From: Nitrososphaerota archaeon
GTDB lineage: Archaea; Thermoproteota; EX4484-205; JAAOZP01
Assembly (NCBI GenBank): GCA_011605725.1
Contig: JAAOZP010000009.1
Coordinates: forward strand, 11,228 to 75,227
Length of the DNA: 64,000 bases
Direction of reading: 5' to 3'
Shown here: positions 9,496 to 19,600 of the stretch, piece after piece
Position numbering within the stretch: position 1 is the first letter of the stretch
How the letters are laid out: the number at the start of each line of letters is the position of its first letter
The notes under the pieces: generated by a model
What the model saw: the letters and a program-made list of their open reading frames with translations, nothing else
The model's database searches: none
What the model was told of the DNA's origin: nothing
Translations under genes and position numbers: made by a program

Positions 9496-9723
9496 TTATG
9501 CTTCCTCGCCGTCTCCGACCTCCTGCTTAGTTACGAACGGTATTTTATTTAAGTCCCCTATCGTCTTAATGTCGCCAGGTTTAAGGCCGGCGCGCGTGCA
9601 GCGCGAATCAGTCGAGTGGCAGTACCATATGATTAGCTTCATCCACAGGCTTGAGAAAACCATGGGGAGGCAGCACCCTGTTGGAATGACTGTCCCCTGG
9701 GCTCCGGGGAGGCCTGGCGGCAA
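9496..9723 (-). pseudogene. Fragment resembling the N-terminal motif of phenylacetate-CoA ligase (PaaK/F390 synthetase family)
   Basis: GLKPGDIKTIGDLNKIPFVTKQE aligns with the PaaK consensus G-V-KP-D-DI-R-S-L-D-DL-x-K-L-PF-T-TK-D/E. The ORF stops right after the motif, and the following ORF is in another frame without PaaK signatures. Confidence 0.3.
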
Positions 9724-10254
9724 TGAAGAACTTTTCAGAAGCCCGGCGGAATGGGTTTCTCCAAACCCTGCTGCCCGAAACGGCTACAGCTACAAGTATG
9801 ACCCGCCCCCGGCTGACGGCGGGAAGATTGTTCTCCTGGACACAGACCACCTATAACACTGTATTCATGGATCCTTACGACAGCGGTTACACCGCGGGCG
9901 GGCTCACAGGCCTAGGGTTGAAAAGACGCTGGAAGGATTGGCCAAAGATGGGAGCCAGTTCGGAGAGCAATGGGCTGCATACGCATGCTTGCGGGAGAAA
10001 TTGAACCTCGCAGGGCTCACCCCCGCCCGGGGCTTTCTCAAACAGGCTATTGCCTAGCGAGCCCGGGAGAAGAATACGTGGTTTACATTCCGAGGGAATA
10101 CCCTTCAACCATATGGGTAGACCTTTCGGGGGCGAGGGGGAGCCTCAGGGCTGAATGGCTCAACCCGGTCACGGGGGAAACAGTCGGCGAGGAGAAGGTT
10201 GAAGGCGGGGATACAAGGGTCTCAAAACCTCGTTCATGTAGGAGGCGGTTCTAA
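9569..10254 (+). pseudogene. Frameshifted pseudogene, possibly of a glycoside-hydrolase-like (DUF4038-type) family
   Basis: Three consecutive plus-strand ORFs in three different frames (9569..9856, 9723..10004, 9970..10254). The last ends with YVVYIPREYPSTIWVDLSGARGSLRAEWLNPVTGE. The family assignment is from memory of the typical C-terminus. Confidence 0.4.
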
Positions 10255-10700
10255 TAGTTAGAAGCATTTAAAAATAAACCGTCAGCCAGCGGGCTCTCAG
10301 GAAGCCCGGGTTCGAAAAGCTCCTCGTCGCTGCTCTCCAAGACTTCGTACGCGTCCTTCTCACAGCCCTCCCACGGCTCCCCCACGTACTTATCAGCATA
10401 CTTCTCCACAACGCTCGCCCTAACCCTTAGGACAAACTCATCCCCCTCAGTGTTGCTGAACCAGGCGGATAAGCCCTCCCCCTCTTTTAAGGCAACGCTG
10501 CAGCCGACAACAGTCTTCAAACCGTCGACGACGCATAGGAAGGGCTTTCTCCATCGCGTAGTGACTTCACAGGCAACAGGCTTGCCGATAGTATTCTCAG
10601 CCTTTAAACCCATCTTCAAGCCTAAAACCAGAAACGGTCCTAAATGACCGTGCAGGCTAACAGCCTTCTCTAAAAGATCACGTGGAATACGGGTTGTCAC
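10251..10700 (-). CDS. FmdE-family domain protein
   Basis: HGHLGPFLVLGLKMG is the hallmark motif of the FmdE/FwdE domain. Confidence 0.6.
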   Translation of the reverse strand: MTTRIPRDLLEKAVSLHGHLGPFLVLGLKMGLKAENTIGKPVACEVTTRWRKPFLCVVDGLKTVVGCSVALKEGEGLSAWFSNTEGDEFVLRVRASVVEKYADKYVGEPWEGCEKDAYEVLESSDEELFEPGLPESPLADGLFLNASNY

Positions 10701-11255
10701 CTACGTGACCCCCTGTTTACGCAGACCCCTAGCCTCCAGGCTTAAAACCAGCGACACACCCATCACCCATCCGACTACGCCGCCAGCCATGTGCAGCAAA
10801 ACCCAGCCGAGAACCCCGCCCCACTTGACTAGCTGCGGAGCAGCCATGAAGAACACTCCTATTATGAAGCCTGCTACCGCGGCTGAAGCAGTTGAAGCAA
10901 CCAGTAGAAACACGGCTCCGACGCGTTTCCTCTCGAAACAGTTCCCGTAGCGGAAAGCCCAGGTTAAAACGTCGAAAACCACGCTGGCTGCCGTGAAGCC
11001 CAGGAAATGCGTTGCACTGGGCCTGAAAACGAAATTCAGGATTGTTGCCACTAAACCCACTGTGCTCGCTGTCCCAAGCTTCCTTACCCACCAGAGTGCC
11101 AGAATCAGGGATGCGAAGCCAATCATGTCGCAGAAAACAGGAATGCCGAACATTGTAAATACTATGGGGGAAACCGTTGCGTTCAACACACCCCAGAGCG
11201 CTGCGAAAAGCGCTATGGAGGCGACGTCGCGGATATTGAAGTAAGCCATCTCCAA
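10701..11255 (-). CDS. Integral membrane protein with 5-6 TM helices, possibly an ECF-type S component-like transporter
   Basis: Highly hydrophobic 184-aa ORF immediately upstream of the FmdE-like gene on the same strand. The overlapping alternative-frame ORF 10729..11259 is not hydrophobic and is judged spurious. Confidence 0.5.
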   Translation of the reverse strand: MEMAYFNIRDVASIALFAALWGVLNATVSPIVFTMFGIPVFCDMIGFASLILALWWVRKLGTASTVGLVATILNFVFRPSATHFLGFTAASVVFDVLTWAFRYGNCFERKRVGAVFLLVASTASAAVAGFIIGVFFMAAPQLVKWGGVLGWVLLHMAGGVVGWVMGVSLVLSLEARGLRKQGVT

Positions 11256-11627
11256 CCACCAGTATTACTTTTTCCCGTTTCAGTAATACCTATATAAAGC
11301 TTGCGAGGAATCATGCTGGCAACCGTTAATGAAACATACGTTGAGACTAGGTTTTATTGCAAAAGCCTATGTAAAAAGCATGTCCCAACAGAGTGGATAT
11401 GAAAGCCTGAGGAGGTTTACAAAAGCATCCAAGCGCCTTGGCTGGAGAACCCTTCTAGTTCAAGGGGAATCATCAGCGTTTAAAGTTGAGACATAACGCC
11501 GCAGCCTCTTAACATCACTAGGAGAACCTTTCCCTCAAACATGCCGTGTTTTCAAAAAAATCTACACGTGTTCTGCAACGTCTGAAACAGTTAAACGTCG
11601 CATGTTTAAGGAGGTGTATGCGGGGGA

Positions 11628-11645
11628 AAAGGTTTAAAAAAGTAC
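11628..11645 (+). promoter_or_regulatory. BRE/TATA-like element (AAAGGTTTAAAAAAGT) about 25-35 nt upstream of the dtxR start
   Basis: The A/T-rich box is at the position expected for a leaderless archaeal transcript starting near 11665-11670. Confidence 0.35.
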
Positions 11646-11669
11646 GAGCAGTCGTAATTTGAAACCGAG

Positions 11670-12350
11670 TTGCCGGATAAAGCAGGAAGCCAAGTTACTC
11701 CAGCTGTCGAAGAATACTTGGAATGCATATACAGGCTTCAGGAGAAGGAGGGAGTAGCCAGGACCAGCAGCCTCGTTAGAAACCTGAAGGTAGCCCCCGG
11801 CACGGTTACTAACACGGTGGAGCGGCTTGAGAAAGAGGGCTTCGTGAAACACTCCTCCTACAGGGGTGTTAAGCTTACTGAGAAGGGTCTCAGAATAGCC
11901 CTTCAAGTGGTCAGGAGACACAGGCTGTCGGAAAGGCTTCTAGTGGATATTCTGAAAATGGACTGGGACAGGGTTCACGAGACAGCTTGCAGGCTGGAGC
12001 ACAGTTTAACCGAGGAGGTGGTTAAGCATTTGGAGAAAGCCTTAAACTATCCGAAGACCTGTCCGCATGGAAACCCTATTCCCAATGAGCAGGGAAAGGT
12101 TTTCGAGGAGGAAACAAGGCTACTTTCCGAGCTTTCCGAGGGCGAGCAAGGAGTAATCGTTAAAGTGGTTGACGAGAAGCCTGAGCTCCTTATACGCTTA
12201 AAGAAGCTTAGAATGGTTCCGGGAACTGTTGTGAGGATTGTTGAGAAGCCAGCGTCAGACAAGCAGGTCGGAGTTGAGGTTGAAGGAGAGAAGGGGATGC
12301 TGAGTCTCAGCCTAGCCTCGCTGATACGTGTGAGGGGAGTTGTGAAATGA
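11670..12350 (+). CDS. DtxR/MntR-family metal-dependent transcriptional repressor with C-terminal FeoA-like domain
   Basis: N-terminus has the family wHTH motif EEYLECIYRL. The metal-binding region has HETACRLEH. TTG start. Confidence 0.85.
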   Translation: MPDKAGSQVTPAVEEYLECIYRLQEKEGVARTSSLVRNLKVAPGTVTNTVERLEKEGFVKHSSYRGVKLTEKGLRIALQVVRRHRLSERLLVDILKMDWDRVHETACRLEHSLTEEVVKHLEKALNYPKTCPHGNPIPNEQGKVFEEETRLLSELSEGEQGVIVKVVDEKPELLIRLKKLRMVPGTVVRIVEKPASDKQVGVEVEGEKGMLSLSLASLIRVRGVVK

Positions 12351-12643
12351 GCACTACCGTTGAAACTGGGGGACGCGAAGTACCCTTGGCAATGTTGAGG
12401 GACGGGGAGACTGGGATTGTTGTCTCAGTGAAATCAGGGTACGGGGGAGCATGGGGGCTTAAGAAGAGGCTTATGGACATGGGCATAACTCCGGGAACAA
12501 GGATCACGGTTGTTAAGTCAGCCCCGTTCCACGGGCCGATGGAGATCCTCGTCAGAGGGTATAGGCTTGCCATAGGCAGGGGGATGGCTGAGAGAATCTT
12601 CGTGCGGGTGGAGGAGACGCAGGCCGGCTGCAGGGAGTCTTAA
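12347..12643 (+). CDS. feoA: Ferrous iron transport protein A (FeoA)
   Basis: 98-aa SH3-like FeoA, overlapping the dtxR stop. LRDGETGIVVSV...GITPGTRITVV. Confidence 0.8.
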   Translation: MSTTVETGGREVPLAMLRDGETGIVVSVKSGYGGAWGLKKRLMDMGITPGTRITVVKSAPFHGPMEILVRGYRLAIGRGMAERIFVRVEETQAGCRES

Positions 12644-12656
12644 AGGGGAAACAGGT

Positions 12657-14600
12657 TTGAACGGGAGGAGGCTGGTTATAGCTCTCGCGGGAAACGCGAA
12701 CGTCGGCAAATCAGTAATATTCAACTACTTAACCAGGCTGCACCAGCATATTGGCAACTGGCCGGGGAAGACTGTTGAGAAGGCGGAGGGGACGCTTCAC
12801 TTTAAAGGGTACACGATTGACGTTGTCGACCTCCCCGGCATATACTCGCTCTCCACATACTCTATAGAGGAGTCCATTTCGAGAAGGTTTATCGCTGTCG
12901 ATAAGCCTGACGTGGTGATAAACGTTATCGACGCTTCTGTTCTTGAAAGAAACCTGTTCTTCACCCTGCAGCTCATGGAGCTGGAGACACCGATGGTCAT
13001 CGCCCTAAACCAGATGGATGTTGCAAGTAGGAAGGGCATCCAGATAGATGTGGAGAAGCTTGAGGAGATTCTGGGCGTTCCAGTTGTTCCGACAATCGCG
13101 GTTAAGGGGGTTGGAATCTTCAAACTGCTGGAGAAAGCTGTTGAAATATTCGAGGGGAAACTTAGTGCGAAGCCTAAACCGGTTAAATACGGGGAGGAGG
13201 TTGAGCAGAGAATAGAGAGGATTGCTGAAGCAGTTAGAGACAGCGGCCTCCCGTATCCGGCTAGATACGTAGCGATAAAGCTCCTTGAAGGCGACAGGGA
13301 GATTCAGGAGGAGGTTGAAAAAGCGGATCCTCAGGCAGCGGCTCTCGCGAGAAGACTCGGCGAGGAGCTTGAAAAGCTTCACGGCCACTCCTGCCCAACC
13401 CTGATAACTTCTGAACGCTACCAGGCTGCTAACTGCATAGCTAGAGAGGTTCAGAGGCTCATCCCGCCGGTGAAGCCGACTCTAGGCGAGAAGCTTCACA
13501 ACGTAACTACGCATAGGGTTGCCGGATACCTTGTAATGGCTGCAACACTGCTCTCAATGTTTCTCTTCGTCTTCGCCGTGGGAAACATTCTCTCAGAGTT
13601 TTTAAGCAGTCTTCTCTACGGTTTAAAACCGTTTTTCGAAGGGTTTTTCGGAACAGGGTTTCTCGCCCAACTCTTCTGGGGGGGTGTTGTCGAAGGACTG
13701 ATAGCCGGGGCAACGATAGCACTGCCCTACGTAATCCCTTTCTACCTAGTTCTCTACTTCCTTGAGGACTCCGGATACTTGAGCCGCATAGCCTTTCTCA
13801 TGGACAGCATAATGCACAGGATGGGGCTTCACGGGAAAGCCTTCATACCTCTGCTACTAGGATACGGCTGCAATGTTCCCGCATGCCTAGGGTGCAGAAT
13901 AATGGAAACCCAGAGGGAGAGGCTTATCGCAGCCTTCGTCACAACCCTGGTGCCCTGTGCTGCAAGAACAGTCATAATACTCGGCTTAGTTGGAAGGTTC
14001 ATAGGAATACAGTGGGCCCTGGTGCTCTACGTGTTCGACTTGCTGATAATCTTCCTCCTAGGAAGGCTTGCCTTCAAAATACTGCCCGGCGAGCCAACGG
14101 GGCTTATAATGGAGATGCCTGACTATAGGCTGCCACATCTCAGGACTGTTTTAAGCCAAACATGGTTCAGGCTCCTCGAATTCCTTAAAATAGCCTTCCC
14201 GCTGATAATCGTGTCAACACTCACGGTTAAGCTTCTAGAGGCTCTTGGCATGCTGAGCTTTTTCACAAGTCTGCTGGCCCCCGTCACAGTAGGCTGGCTC
14301 GGCCTTCCCGTGGAAACAGGCGTAACACTCTTGTTCGGAGTTTTGAGAAAAGAGCTTGCGCTCATAATGCTCACCACCCTGCTTGGCACCACAGACCTGT
14401 CTCAAGCACTGACACCGGTTCAAATGACGGTTTTCACGATCGTCAGCATGTTCTACATTCCCTGCGTGGCGACGATCGCAACCCTAGTGATGGAGTTCGG
14501 CTGGAGGAAAGCCCTAGTCATAACTGTTTCAGAGGTTTTTCTCGCCCTCGTCCTAGGCGGGCTCGCCCTGAGAATACTGGTGCTCACAGGATTAAGATAA
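12657..14600 (+). CDS. feoB: Ferrous iron transport protein B (FeoB)
   Basis: N-terminal G-domain with IALAGNANVGKSVIFN and DLPGIYSL, followed by a polytopic membrane domain. 647 aa. Confidence 0.9.
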   Translation: MNGRRLVIALAGNANVGKSVIFNYLTRLHQHIGNWPGKTVEKAEGTLHFKGYTIDVVDLPGIYSLSTYSIEESISRRFIAVDKPDVVINVIDASVLERNLFFTLQLMELETPMVIALNQMDVASRKGIQIDVEKLEEILGVPVVPTIAVKGVGIFKLLEKAVEIFEGKLSAKPKPVKYGEEVEQRIERIAEAVRDSGLPYPARYVAIKLLEGDREIQEEVEKADPQAAALARRLGEELEKLHGHSCPTLITSERYQAANCIAREVQRLIPPVKPTLGEKLHNVTTHRVAGYLVMAATLLSMFLFVFAVGNILSEFLSSLLYGLKPFFEGFFGTGFLAQLFWGGVVEGLIAGATIALPYVIPFYLVLYFLEDSGYLSRIAFLMDSIMHRMGLHGKAFIPLLLGYGCNVPACLGCRIMETQRERLIAAFVTTLVPCAARTVIILGLVGRFIGIQWALVLYVFDLLIIFLLGRLAFKILPGEPTGLIMEMPDYRLPHLRTVLSQTWFRLLEFLKIAFPLIIVSTLTVKLLEALGMLSFFTSLLAPVTVGWLGLPVETGVTLLFGVLRKELALIMLTTLLGTTDLSQALTPVQMTVFTIVSMFYIPCVATIATLVMEFGWRKALVITVSEVFLALVLGGLALRILVLTGLR

Positions 14601-14690
14601 AAGGGAAAACATGGATCAGAAGGGCTTGTCAAGCGTTCTCTGAGCGCACGGGGGGAAATATTTATCCCTTCCCAAGCCTACTTCTTAAAC

Positions 14691-15128
14691 GTGAAGCCCT
14701 GTCCCGGGAAGTATGACTATCCTGAGCACACTTCAGACGTGTATGTTCAAGCATACGGGAGAAGCCTGGAGGAGGCTTTCGAGAACGCTGCACTAGGATT
14801 AACGGGGGTCGTAACAGACGTTTCAAGAATAAGGCCTGAGCAGACTTTTGAGGAGACTGTTGAAGCCGAGGATTTGCAGATGCTTCTCTACAAGTGGCTG
14901 GAAGCAATACTTGTCAGGCTTGACGCTGAGCAAATGGTTTTCTCAGTCTTCAACGTGAAGATAGAGAGGGAGAACGGTAAGTATGTTCTCAAAGCCGTGA
15001 TGAAGGGTGAAAGATTCAATCCTGAATTGCATACGAGTGGGACGCAGGTGAAGGCAGTTACTCTTCACGATATGGAGATTGATAAATCACCGTCTGGAGC
15101 CAGGGTTAAGGTATTGCTAGACATATAG
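14691..15128 (+). CDS. Archease
   Basis: YDYPEHTSDVYVQAYGRSLEEAFENAALGL matches the archease N-terminal signature. Confidence 0.85.
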   Translation: MKPCPGKYDYPEHTSDVYVQAYGRSLEEAFENAALGLTGVVTDVSRIRPEQTFEETVEAEDLQMLLYKWLEAILVRLDAEQMVFSVFNVKIERENGKYVLKAVMKGERFNPELHTSGTQVKAVTLHDMEIDKSPSGARVKVLLDI

Positions 15129-15682
15129 GGTCTGACCTTAAGCGCGCGTAGCCAGCTATGCGCTACAGCTGCGTTTTAAAACTAAACTTTATTTCTAATG
15201 CTTTACTGTTTTATTTAAGAAAAAAGTTTAACGTTGGGCTTCCTACATAAGTCTGTCAAGTATATAGTAGAATGCTGTCGAAAACACTTCTATCAATAGT
15301 ACTGCGAGTATGGAGCCTGATATTCGCCCGTCATAATGTAAGTTATGAGTAAAGCAACGGGGTCAACAACTAGCCTGTATACTAACGTTTTTACGAGGCT
15401 TTTCTTTCGTGAACGGTGAATTGGCGGGGCATACTGCACCACCAGGCTTGCACCGATAATTCAAAGCATATGCTTAAAAGCTTTTACATTTTATATTATT
15501 GTTCATCCTAAATGATAACATCGCTTCCCGCAACCGTAACATCCTAGTTAACGTTCACCCTATCTTTACGCTTGAAACGGTGAAAGTTTTCTACAGCAGG
15601 AAGCCTTATACTGCCGTGAGCATTTATAGCGCATAGTCTTCATCTACACGGGTCCACGCATGTCTGCTTGATTCGTGTCGGC

Positions 15683-15913
15683 TTAACCACCAGGTATCTG
15701 AGACATGTATCTCTTAGCAGCCATCCTAACGTCTTCCGCGCGAATCGTTTTCCTCTTAGCGAAGACTGCGAGCTGTGCCGCGTCTCTGGCGATTCTCGTA
15801 CCTATGTCTTCAAGTATTCTAGATAGTTCTTCAGCAGCTTCTTCGCTTACTCTTTCTCCTCCGGATTTCCGGAGAATCCTGTACATCGCCGCTAGGGACA
15901 ATTCCTCCGACAT
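15683..15913 (-). CDS. Archaeal histone (HMf-like histone fold)
   Basis: LPLAAMYRILRKSGGERVSEEAAEELSRILEDIGTRIARDAAQLAVFAKRKTIRAEDVRMAA aligns along its full length with archaeal histone folds. Confidence 0.85.
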   Translation of the reverse strand: MSEELSLAAMYRILRKSGGERVSEEAAEELSRILEDIGTRIARDAAQLAVFAKRKTIRAEDVRMAAKRYMSQIPGG

Positions 15914-16246
15914 TTAAATTACCCTCATTTGGGTTGAATCAACTGATTAATAAGTCTTTTTAGGGGAAAAGGTTAAATTTTTTGACTAAAATCGATAAAG
16001 TCTTAAGAATCAGCCTAATCCCAGCTGAAAAGCTGTTTTAATGGGGTTTTTAAGCACCTCGGGTGCTGGGAAACCCGAGCATCACGCTTAAAAAGCTTTC
16101 GGCTCCGCAAAGGTTTCAGCCGTATGCGAAACAGACTGGACAATTGTTCCTGCTCATAGGGACGCTTGGACACCGTTAGCTGACTTTTAAGCCTCAGCCT
16201 GAATTTTCCGGCAGCATTGAAAACAATCGTAAAAGGCTGTGTTTAA

Positions 16247-16480
16247 ACGAACAAGGGTAAAGATTTATGTTGCACCTCTTGGGCATGGCTGAAGGCGACT
16301 GAAAGAGTACTGGTGTTCGCAGCACACCCGGATGACGAGCTGGTGGAAGCAGGAGGCACGATATGCAGACTGCGCAGGGAGGATTGTGCAGTCAGGGTTA
16401 TGCTTTTCTCAAGAGGGGGAGGAGGCCTTGCGGCCAGTGGAACCTGGAAGCCTTTAGTCAGCGTTGCATGGAGGCATTAG
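16247..16480 (+). pseudogene. Short fragment of a PIG-L/LmbE-family deacetylase (N-terminal AHPDDE motif only)
   Basis: In-frame stretch RVLVFAAHPDDELVEAGGTICRL, then a stop at 16478-16480. No ATG is present and only about 50 codons are open. Confidence 0.4.
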
Positions 16481-16635
16481 CAGATATTCACGGCGGCCGT
16501 CTTGACAGCGTTTAGACTCGTCTAAACGGGTGGAAAGCAGCATTTTCCCCGGCTTAGCGTCACGGCCATTATCAAGGGGAGAATACTTTTTTAAGGAAGA
16601 AAACGATGAACTCCGTTTACGAAGGGTAGTGGAGA

Positions 16636-19600
16636 ATGCTCCAGAATGAGATTGCAAAACTGTTCGACGGCGAGTACGAGATGCAGTTGCTTGAGAACAA
16701 GGTGTTGGAATTCTGGGAGGAGAACCAGATACCTGAGAAACTCAGGAAGCTGAGGCTAGAGAGAAACATAGGGAAACTTGGATACGTTGAGGGGCCGCCG
16801 ACTCTAAACGGTCGCTGCCATGTGGGGCATTCATGGGGCCGGGCGATAAAGGATTTATGGTACAGGTGGAGGTCGATGCAGGGTTATTACGTGCTTTTCA
16901 GAGCAGGCTGGGATACGCAGGGATTACCAGTTGAGATCGAGGCTGAGAAGGAGCTTGGCTTCTCGAACAAGAGGGAGGCTCTTGAAAGGCTTGGCGAGGA
17001 AAGGTTTGTCGCCGAGATTAAGAAGATTCTGAAGAAGTATCATGATGACTGGAGAAGGGTTGACAGGAGGTTCGGCATGTTCATGGACTATGAGAAGGAG
17101 TATCTGACTTACAGGGACGAGTATATTGAGAGAGAGTGGAAGTATCTTGAAAAGGCTTATGAACAGGGGCTCCTCGGAAAGGGTTACAGGGTTGTAGCTT
17201 ACTGTCCGAGCTGCCAGACTTCTCTGAGCAACGCTGAAGTTGGCCTGGAGTACAGCATGGTTGAGGACCCGTCTGTATACTTTAAGGTTAGGCTTGAAAC
17301 AGGAGAATATGTTTTAGTATGGACTACAATGCCTTTCACAATTGTTACTGACGAGCTTCTAGCAGTAAACCCTGAGGCGGAGTATGCGAGGGTCAGGGTT
17401 GGAGGAGAGGAATGGATAATGGTTGAAGGCCTTGTTGAAACGCTCATGAATAGGCTTGGAATATCCGACTACACGGTTGAGGAGACCTTCCCAGGGTCTG
17501 AGCTTGAGGGTAAGAAGTATGTTTATCCACTGCTGGATGAGGTTCCATATCAGAGGAGGCTCGAGCAGGAGGACAGCAGGATACATAGAATAGTTACTGC
17601 GGATTTCGTCGACGTCACCACGGGGACGGGAGTAGTCCACTTGGCGCCTGCTAACGGTGAGGAGGATTTCGATGTAGCGCAGAGGATGAGGATACCTGTT
17701 TTCTCACCTTTCGACGATGAGGCCAGGTTCACTGAGGATGCAGGCTTCTTCAAAGGGCTTTTCGCAAGAGACGCAGACCAAGTTGTCCTAGATGTTTTAA
17801 ACAGGAAGGGCCTCTTAGTCAAGGCGGAGAGAATTGTCCACGAATACCCGTTATGCTGGAGGTCTAAGCATAGACTACTATGGCTTGCGAGGACAGAATA
17901 CTTCTACTGGCTTGACAGGATTATCGATAAACTATTGGAAGCAGCGTCTAAAGTAGAGTATTTCTATAATCCTCCTAAAAACAGGTTTTTATCCTTTCTA
18001 AAGGAGGGGAAGCCTTGGTGCATATCTAGGGAGAGGGTCTGGGGGACACCGCTGCCGATATTCGTCTGCGAGAAGTGCGGTAGGGAGGAGCTTCTTGCTT
18101 CGAGGAAGAAGATCGTTGAACGTGCTGTAAGCCTACCAGACGGGGAGAGCTTTGAGCTTCATAAGCCTTGGATAGACAAGGTAAAGGTCAGGTGTGTTTG
18201 CGGAGGAATCATGCATAGAGTTCCATTTGTTCTCGACACTTGGCATAATAGTGGGGCTGCACCATACGCTAGTTTGACTGATGAAGAGTTCGAAGAATTC
18301 GTACCTGTAGATTTCCTAGTTGAATCCATAGACCAGACCCGTGGATGGGCATGGTCGCTGCTGGCTGAAAACGTAATCTTGAGGAATAAGGCGGAAGCAC
18401 CCTACAAGGCGTTCCTGTTCTATGGTCAAGTTCTGGATGAGAATGGTAATAAGATGAGCAAGAGCCTTGGCAACGTTATAAACACTGAAGACGTGGTGAC
18501 AAAGTATTCAGCCGACCTCTGCAGGTTCTACCTTCTTTGGAAGACGAACCCGCTTGAAAACATTAACTTCAGCTTTAAAGAGATGATGGAGAGACCATTC
18601 CAGGTTTTAAACACGTTCTTCAACCTGGGGAAGCTGCTTAAACAGAACGCTGAGTACGACGGGTTCAACTATGACGCGTACAGCCTTGAATGGGCTTTGA
18701 AGAAGGGGGTTGTTAAAGACTCGGAGAAATGGCTTCTCTCATGTCTCCAGAGGCTTGTGGAAAAAGTGACAGAAGGCTTTGAAAACATGAGGATACACGA
18801 GTCTGCAAGAGCCCTGGAGAAATTCATCGTTGAAACGCTTAGCAGACAATACGTACCCATGGTTAGGAAGGATCTGTGGAGCGACGCGCCGGAGGACCTT
18901 GAGCGGAGAATGACGATATACGCTGTACTCTTCCATGTGTTGAACATTGTTAACAGGCTTATGAATCCGTTGACGCCTTTCCTTGCTGAAGCCATGCATC
19001 AAGGGGTTGTTAGAAGGTTCAGTAGGAACACGGCTGAGTCCATTAACCTTGAGCAATGGCCAGCCCCCGACAGGAGCCTTCTAAACGATAAGCTTGAGAA
19101 GGATTTCGAAAGGATTGATGAAGTGGTCAGCATGGTGAACTGGGCCAGGATGAAGGCTGGGGTGAAAAGAAGATGGCCGCTGAAAAGAGCAATACTTGTT
19201 CTTAACGAAGAGTATTCTGAAAGTGTCGGTAGAAACATGAATCTGTTCCGCGAGATGATTAACGTTAAAGAGGTTTCTTTGAAAAACAGCCTGGAGGAAG
19301 CGGGTGTCAAGACAAGGGTAAGAATAAACTATTCTACAGCGGGTCCAAAGTTCAGGGGTAAAGCTGGAAAAATAGCCAGCCTTGTTTCAACAAGGCCTGA
19401 GGAAGTAAGGAGAAGCATCGAGAAAGAGGGAAGATACGTTGTTGAAGCAGACGGAGAAACCTTTGAACTGATTGCCGGAGACCTTATTTTCGACCAGGAG
19501 CCGCCTGCGAACCATGTGTTAGCCACAGGTAAACCAGGCTGCGTGATACTGGATACGGTAAGAACTCCCGAGCTTGTTGCAGAAGGATACATGAGAGATG

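Noticed and set aside
10729-11259. 176-aa alternative-frame ORF overlapping the membrane protein gene
   Set aside because: The same-strand overlapping frame is Arg/Gly-rich with a non-membrane composition. The hydrophobic frame 10701..11255 is the coherent one.
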